Positions 59,415 to 64,000 of a stretch of DNA of 64,000 bases are shown here, piece by piece. The DNA is taken from assembly GCA_049363815.1 (NCBI GenBank), contig JBMQEM010000208.1:23919-87918 (forward strand), read 5' to 3'. The first letter of the stretch is position 1, and each line of letters starts with the position of its first letter. The translations under genes and the position numbers were made by a program. The DNA is from Bacteroidota bacterium. GTDB lineage: Bacteria > Bacteroidota > Bacteroidia > AKYH767-A > 2013-40CM-41-45. The notes below the pieces were generated by a model, which was not told where the DNA came from, searched no databases, and saw only the letters and a list, made by a program, of their open reading frames with translations.

Positions 59415-60189
59415 GGGTAATGAGTAAGTTTAGAATGAACTAATTGATTGTTAATTTTTAAGAGCGTGCAAAGATAGAATATCACGCTTAATTTCCAATT
59501 TTGGAGCGTTTTAATATGAATAAGTTTGAATATTGAACTTTTCTGTGCAACTGGCTAGTAATCAATACTTCAAAAGCTATAATTTCTCCCGGTGAATGGA
59601 ATTTTGTTCATAGCAACCGAAAACATTGAATTAAACCTCAGATATTCAAAGTGAAAAAACGCTTACCGCAAAAAGTAAAAGAGCATAAAAGAGGATTATC
59701 CCGATTTTAGAATAGAGTTTACTTTCCGATTCATTGATGTGTACCGACCCGGAAAGTTGAAAATCTGTTGAATTGAATTTGTTTTGATTTCTCATAAAAA
59801 AGGTGTGTTTTCCTCTCGAATATTTGTGCGTTTCAGAGGAGGATCTATTAATTTATTTTAATACGACATTGAGTATTTCAAGACCTGTTTCTGATTTCCG
59901 TAATACATAAAACAGAAGCAGTCCACTGAAGATCAATTGGAACAGCAAGAATGAAATTCCAAAGAATTTTCCGCTGCGGCCCGAAGAAGGAGTTTTGTAA
60001 TGTTCTGACATTCAAATGGTTTTGTTGCAATATACATCTGCATTTGTCTGTCAGGTTTGTAAAATGTTCAGGAATCTTACATGTATCAAAATGAATAGGG
60101 TTGACCTTATCGATATTCTGAAATCACATAGGTAAAGCTTTACCCTTTGTCTGAAATTCCCTACCTTGCGACCGCAAAATCTACGAAAA

Positions 60190-62454
60190 ATGGCATTTGA
60201 TTTAGAAATGATTAAATCGGTTTATTCCGGAATGGCCGGAAAAATCAATACGGCACGCAGAGTTGTCGGACGTCCACTGACATTAACAGAAAAGATCCTG
60301 TATTCTCACCTTACTGAAGGGGAAGTCAGACAGGCCTATGAACGCGGGCGTTCGTATGTGGAATTTAATCCTGATCGTGTTGCCATGCAGGATGCCACAG
60401 CACAAATGGCGCTTTTGCAATTTATGCAAGCCGGACGGCCATCAGTTGCAGTTCCGTCAACAGTTCACTGTGATCATTTGATTCAGGCAAAGACCGGTGC
60501 TGTTGAAGATCTGAATACAGCATTAGACAAGAACAAAGAAGTTTACGATTTCCTTGCATCGGTTTCCAATAAATATGGAATCGGTTTCTGGAAACCGGGA
60601 GCTGGAATTATACATCAGGTGATCATTGAAAATTATGCATTCCCGGGAGGTATGATGATCGGAACGGATTCACATACAGTAAATGCCGGCGGATTGGGTA
60701 TGATTGCAATTGGTGTTGGTGGTGCTGATGCCTGCGATGTAATGGCAGGCTTGCCATGGGAATTGAAATTTCCGAAACTGATCGGTGTGAAACTTACCGG
60801 AAAGATGAATGGCTGGACTTCAGCGAAAGATATTATTTTGAAAGTTGCCGGAATACTTACTGTAAAAGGTGGTACCGATAAAATACTTGAATATTTCGGA
60901 CCAGGCGCAGAGAGTTTAAGTTGTACAGGAAAAGGTACTATCTGCAATATGGGTGCGGAGATCGGAGCTACAACTTCTGTATTCTGCTATGACAAGAAAA
61001 TGGCTGAGTACCTTCAGGGAACAGAACGTGCTGAGATCGCTGCTGCTGCTGACAAGGTTTCGGAGCATTTAAGAGGCGACAAGGAAGTTTATGAAAATCC
61101 TGAAAAATATTTTGACGAAGTGATTGAGATCAATTTGTCGGAACTTGAACCACATGTAAACGGACCTTTCACTCCGGATCTTGCTTGGCCGATCTCAAAA
61201 TTTGCTGCAGCGGTTAAGGAAAATAACTGGCCGTCTGAACTCGAAGTCGGACTGATCGGTTCTTGTACGAATTCATCTTATGAAGACATATCACGTGCAG
61301 CTTCTTTAGCTCAGCAAGCTGTCGATGCAAAGCTGAAAGCGAAATCAGAATTTACAATTACTCCGGGTTCTGAACTTGTTCGTTTCACAGTGGAGCGTGA
61401 CGGATTTTTAGGAACATTTGAAAAAATGGGTGGTGTTGTTCTTGCTAATGCCTGCGGACCATGTATCGGACAATGGGCGCGACATACGACTGATCCGAAT
61501 AAGAAAAATTCAATCATCACTTCTTTCAACAGAAATTTTGCAAAACGAAATGATGGAAATCCAAATACGCATGCTTTTGTTGCATCTCCTGAGATCGTAA
61601 CAGCATTGGCAATTGCCGGAGATCTTTCTTTCAATCCGTTAACAGATACACTTACAACTGCTACCGGTGAAAAGTTCAAATTCAAGGAACCGAAAGGTGA
61701 TGAGTTGCCTTCGAAAGGATTTGCAGTTGAAGATGCAGGATATCAGAAACCAGCTGCCGATGGAAGTAATGTAAAAGTGATCGTCTCCCCTACTTCGGAG
61801 CGTCTGCAATTGCTTGATCCGTTTTCCGCTTGGGAAGGAACAGATCTTTCAGGATTGAAATTACTGATCAAGGTAAAGGGAAAATGTACTACCGATCATA
61901 TTTCAATGGCAGGTCCATGGTTGAAATTCCGTGGTCATCTGGACAACATTTCCAATAACATGCTGATAGGTGCAATCAATTCATTCAATGACAAGACCGA
62001 TTCTGTCAAGAATCAGCTAACAGGTGAATACAATGGTGTACCGCAGGTTCAGAGAGCATATAAGGCTGCAAAAATAGGATCCATCGTAGTCGGTGATGAA
62101 AATTACGGTGAAGGTTCTTCACGTGAGCACGCAGCTATGGAACCACGTCATCTTGGAGTCCGTGCAATACTTGTAAAATCATTTGCAAGGATCCATGAAA
62201 CGAATCTCAAGAAACAAGGAATGCTTGCACTGACATTTGCTGATAAATCAGATTACGATAAGATCAAGGAAGATGATACTTTTGACATCAAAGGATTAAC
62301 AACTTTCACTCCCGGAAAACAACTTACTATTGTTCTGAATCATTCTGACGGAACGAGTGAAGAATTCAAGGTGAATCAATCTTACAATGAAAATCAGATT
62401 GAATGGTTCAAAGCCGGCGGGGCATTGAATATTATTCGATCTCAGATCGCTTAA
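60190..62454 (+). CDS. acnA: Aconitate hydratase (aconitase A, ~755-aa mitochondrial-like type)
   Basis: Aconitase motifs (GTDSHT; MGAEIGAT; [10 protein letters not shown]; SFNRNF; cluster-ligand SCTNSS). The ORF opens at 60166 but the conserved N-terminus starts at Met 60190 ([10 protein letters not shown]). Confidence 0.9.
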   Translation: MAFDLEMIKSVYSGMAGKINTARRVVGRPLTLTEKILYSHLTEGEVRQAYERGRSYVEFNPDRVAMQDATAQMALLQFMQAGRPSVAVPSTVHCDHLIQAKTGAVEDLNTALDKNKEVYDFLASVSNKYGIGFWKPGAGIIHQVIIENYAFPGGMMIGTDSHTVNAGGLGMIAIGVGGADACDVMAGLPWELKFPKLIGVKLTGKMNGWTSAKDIILKVAGILTVKGGTDKILEYFGPGAESLSCTGKGTICNMGAEIGATTSVFCYDKKMAEYLQGTERAEIAAAADKVSEHLRGDKEVYENPEKYFDEVIEINLSELEPHVNGPFTPDLAWPISKFAAAVKENNWPSELEVGLIGSCTNSSYEDISRAASLAQQAVDAKLKAKSEFTITPGSELVRFTVERDGFLGTFEKMGGVVLANACGPCIGQWARHTTDPNKKNSIITSFNRNFAKRNDGNPNTHAFVASPEIVTALAIAGDLSFNPLTDTLTTATGEKFKFKEPKGDELPSKGFAVEDAGYQKPAADGSNVKVIVSPTSERLQLLDPFSAWEGTDLSGLKLLIKVKGKCTTDHISMAGPWLKFRGHLDNISNNMLIGAINSFNDKTDSVKNQLTGEYNGVPQVQRAYKAAKIGSIVVGDENYGEGSSREHAAMEPRHLGVRAILVKSFARIHETNLKKQGMLALTFADKSDYDKIKEDDTFDIKGLTTFTPGKQLTIVLNHSDGTSEEFKVNQSYNENQIEWFKAGGALNIIRSQIA

Positions 62455-62487
62455 AAAAAAGGCCGGTGCAAACCGGTCTTTTTTTTG
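62453..62487 (+). terminator. acnA rho-independent terminator (A8-GGCCGGTGCAAACCGGTC-T8)
   Basis: GC-rich 6-bp stem followed by TTTTTTTT. Sits immediately after the acnA TAA stop. Confidence 0.85.
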
Positions 62488-62507
62488 ACACGTATTGAAA
62501 CAATTAT

Positions 62508-62870
62508 ATGGACAAGTCAACACTAATTGATGCAATAAAAGAAAATGCGAAATACTTCCTCGAAGAGGCCGGGGATTTTTTTCCATTTGCAGTATGTGTT
62601 AATGACGAAGATCAGTTTGTTCCTCTTTACCTCAATGAAGAAGAAGAATTTCCCGATGAGGAGAGTATGATCGCGGAATTGAAATTTTGTGTCACAAAAG
62701 CGATTGATGATGATTCCTTTATAAATGGAGCCATCGCATATTATGAAACTGTAAATAAAGACGATCTTACTTTGGATTGTGTAAGGGTGCTTTTTTTCGA
62801 CAACAACAAGCAGCAAACAACGGAGGATTTTACATATTCGATTAAGAATAAAAAAGTTGTTTTTCATTAA
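62508..62870 (+). CDS. Hypothetical small acidic protein (120 aa)
   Basis: Preferred over the antisense ORF 62523..62906, which has junk-like F/I/K composition. Follows the acnA terminator. No recognised family. Confidence 0.4.
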   Translation: MDKSTLIDAIKENAKYFLEEAGDFFPFAVCVNDEDQFVPLYLNEEEEFPDEESMIAELKFCVTKAIDDDSFINGAIAYYETVNKDDLTLDCVRVLFFDNNKQQTTEDFTYSIKNKKVVFH

Positions 62871-62954
62871 GCCTGCTTCAGGTAACTTTACCAAAACCGG
62901 TGACATTTATTCGGAAAAATAATTTATCTTCGCATAAACCACATCCCATTTGAA

Positions 62955-64000
62955 ATGACTGTTCCCTCCGGTAAACATATTGTGATCATTGGTGGTGGCT
63001 TTTGCGGAATTATGACTGCTGTCAATCTTTTGAAGAAAGCAGATACTCCAATAGAGATCACTTTATTCAATCACGCTTATCCTGAAGGAAGAGGAATAGC
63101 CTACAAGACTTATACTGACAAGCATGTACTGAATGTCACCTGTCAGAATATGAGTGCATTTCAGGACCAACCAGATCATTTTTTAAACTGGTGTAAACTG
63201 AACTCCGGAAATAATTTTGATCCGGAAGAACTTCCCGGCAAATATCTTCCCAGAAATCTGTACGGCAACTATCTTGATTCAGTGTTTAAGGAGGCTTTGA
63301 AAAACAGATCAGACAATGTCACTTTCCGAATGATAAAGGATGAAGTGGTAGATATAGACAAGAACGGAAGCACTTACATTATTAAAAGTCAGAACGGACA
63401 AATAATAAATGCTGATAAAATTGTTTTGGCTACAGGCAATCATCCACCTTCACACCCGCCACTTTCCAAAACAGAATTTCATACCAGCAAAAGGTATTTC
63501 GCAAATCCATGGAGTGAAGATTCCATCAGCAACATTGATTCTGATGACCCGATATTAATTGTTGGGACTGGTTTGACAATGGTTGATGTTGTTTTAGGAC
63601 TTGAAGAAAGAAAATTCAATGGAAAGATCATAGCGCTTTCTCCAAACGGTTTCAATATACTTTCACATAAAAAACATCATCCGCAAAGAAACATCCTTGA
63701 TGAATTATCTCCGCCCTTTGATCTTACAACGCTTTTTAAATTGTTCTATAAGCATGTAAGGGAAGCGCATCTTCGTGGTGAATCAGGAGAGACAGTTGTT
63801 GATGCTGTCCGCTCACAGACGCAAATCATCTGGCAACAACTTTCTCTTGAAGATAAGAAACGGTTTATGGCCCATTTGCGGCATCTGTGGGGTGTTGCTC
63901 GTCACAGGCTTCCGGGAGATATTCATGGGCAGATCCAGTCAATGATCGCAAACAGATCTTTACAGGTAATGGCTGGAAGAATTTCTGATATCAATGAAGC
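62955..64000 (+). CDS. FAD/NAD(P)-binding oxidoreductase (NAD_binding_9-like), 3'-truncated by the window edge
   Basis: Starts MTVPSGKHIVIIGGGFCGIMTAVNLL (GxGxxG dinucleotide-binding fold). Second Rossmann motif ILIVGTGLTMVDVV. Open to the end of the window. Not in the supplied ORF track because it is incomplete. Confidence 0.6.
   Translation, partial: MTVPSGKHIVIIGGGFCGIMTAVNLLKKADTPIEITLFNHAYPEGRGIAYKTYTDKHVLNVTCQNMSAFQDQPDHFLNWCKLNSGNNFDPEELPGKYLPRNLYGNYLDSVFKEALKNRSDNVTFRMIKDEVVDIDKNGSTYIIKSQNGQIINADKIVLATGNHPPSHPPLSKTEFHTSKRYFANPWSEDSISNIDSDDPILIVGTGLTMVDVVLGLEERKFNGKIIALSPNGFNILSHKKHHPQRNILDELSPPFDLTTLFKLFYKHVREAHLRGESGETVVDAVRSQTQIIWQQLSLEDKKRFMAHLRHLWGVARHRLPGDIHGQIQSMIANRSLQVMAGRISDINE

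Noticed and set aside
60633-61685. Minus-strand ORFs 60633..60947 and 61311..61685 inside acnA
   Set aside because: Antisense to highly conserved aconitase motifs. These are shadow ORFs.
62523-62906. 127-aa minus-strand ORF overlapping 62508..62870
   Set aside because: F/I/K-rich composition typical of antisense translation of an AT-rich gene. The plus-strand ORF follows the acnA terminator and is co-directional with its neighbours.
1-64000. Searched for tRNA/rRNA, integrase/transposase, CRISPR repeats and phage genes
   Set aside because: No T-loop/anticodon-arm-like tRNA signatures, rRNA-like blocks, recombinase motifs or regularly spaced short repeats were seen. The window appears to be core chromosome with a few accessory loci, not a mobile element.

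Overview
AT-rich (~40% GC) chromosomal segment from a Bacteroidota-type genome. The phylum call rests on five proteins ending in T9SS (Por) C-terminal sorting domains, Bacteroidota-style gene families (Omp28-like, DUF4397, TSP3-OmpA, fused SecDF) and the absence of Shine-Dalgarno spacing. The window is densely coding with about 48 CDS. I found no rRNA, tRNA, CRISPR array, integrase or transposase.

Main annotated content:
- A giant 2894-aa cyclic beta-1,2-glucan synthase (GT84 + GH94, Cgs/NdvB/ChvB type).
- An arsR-acr3 arsenite efflux pair.
- A pair of M16 peptidases.
- A mlaE-mlaF-mlaD lipid-asymmetry ABC operon.
- Two conventional two-component systems and an orphan cNMP-binding histidine kinase.
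- mutS, a fused secDF, acnA, sppA, a PolX polymerase, folK, tatA and trx.
- A cbpA-like J-protein, a POT peptide transporter and an S8 subtilase.
- An ECF sigma / anti-sigma pair.

Most unusual locus: 40925..43689 (minus strand). It carries a small Cys-rich ORF, a 6-TM membrane protein, a sensor-less HisKA_3 kinase and a LuxR-type response regulator, preceded by direct repeats. It looks like an uncharacterised peptide/signal-sensing module, or alternatively a frameshift-split sensor kinase.

Other points of note:
- A 775-bp gene-free region upstream of acnA.
- Several strong palindromic terminators.
- T9SS cargo proteins built from internal tandem duplications.
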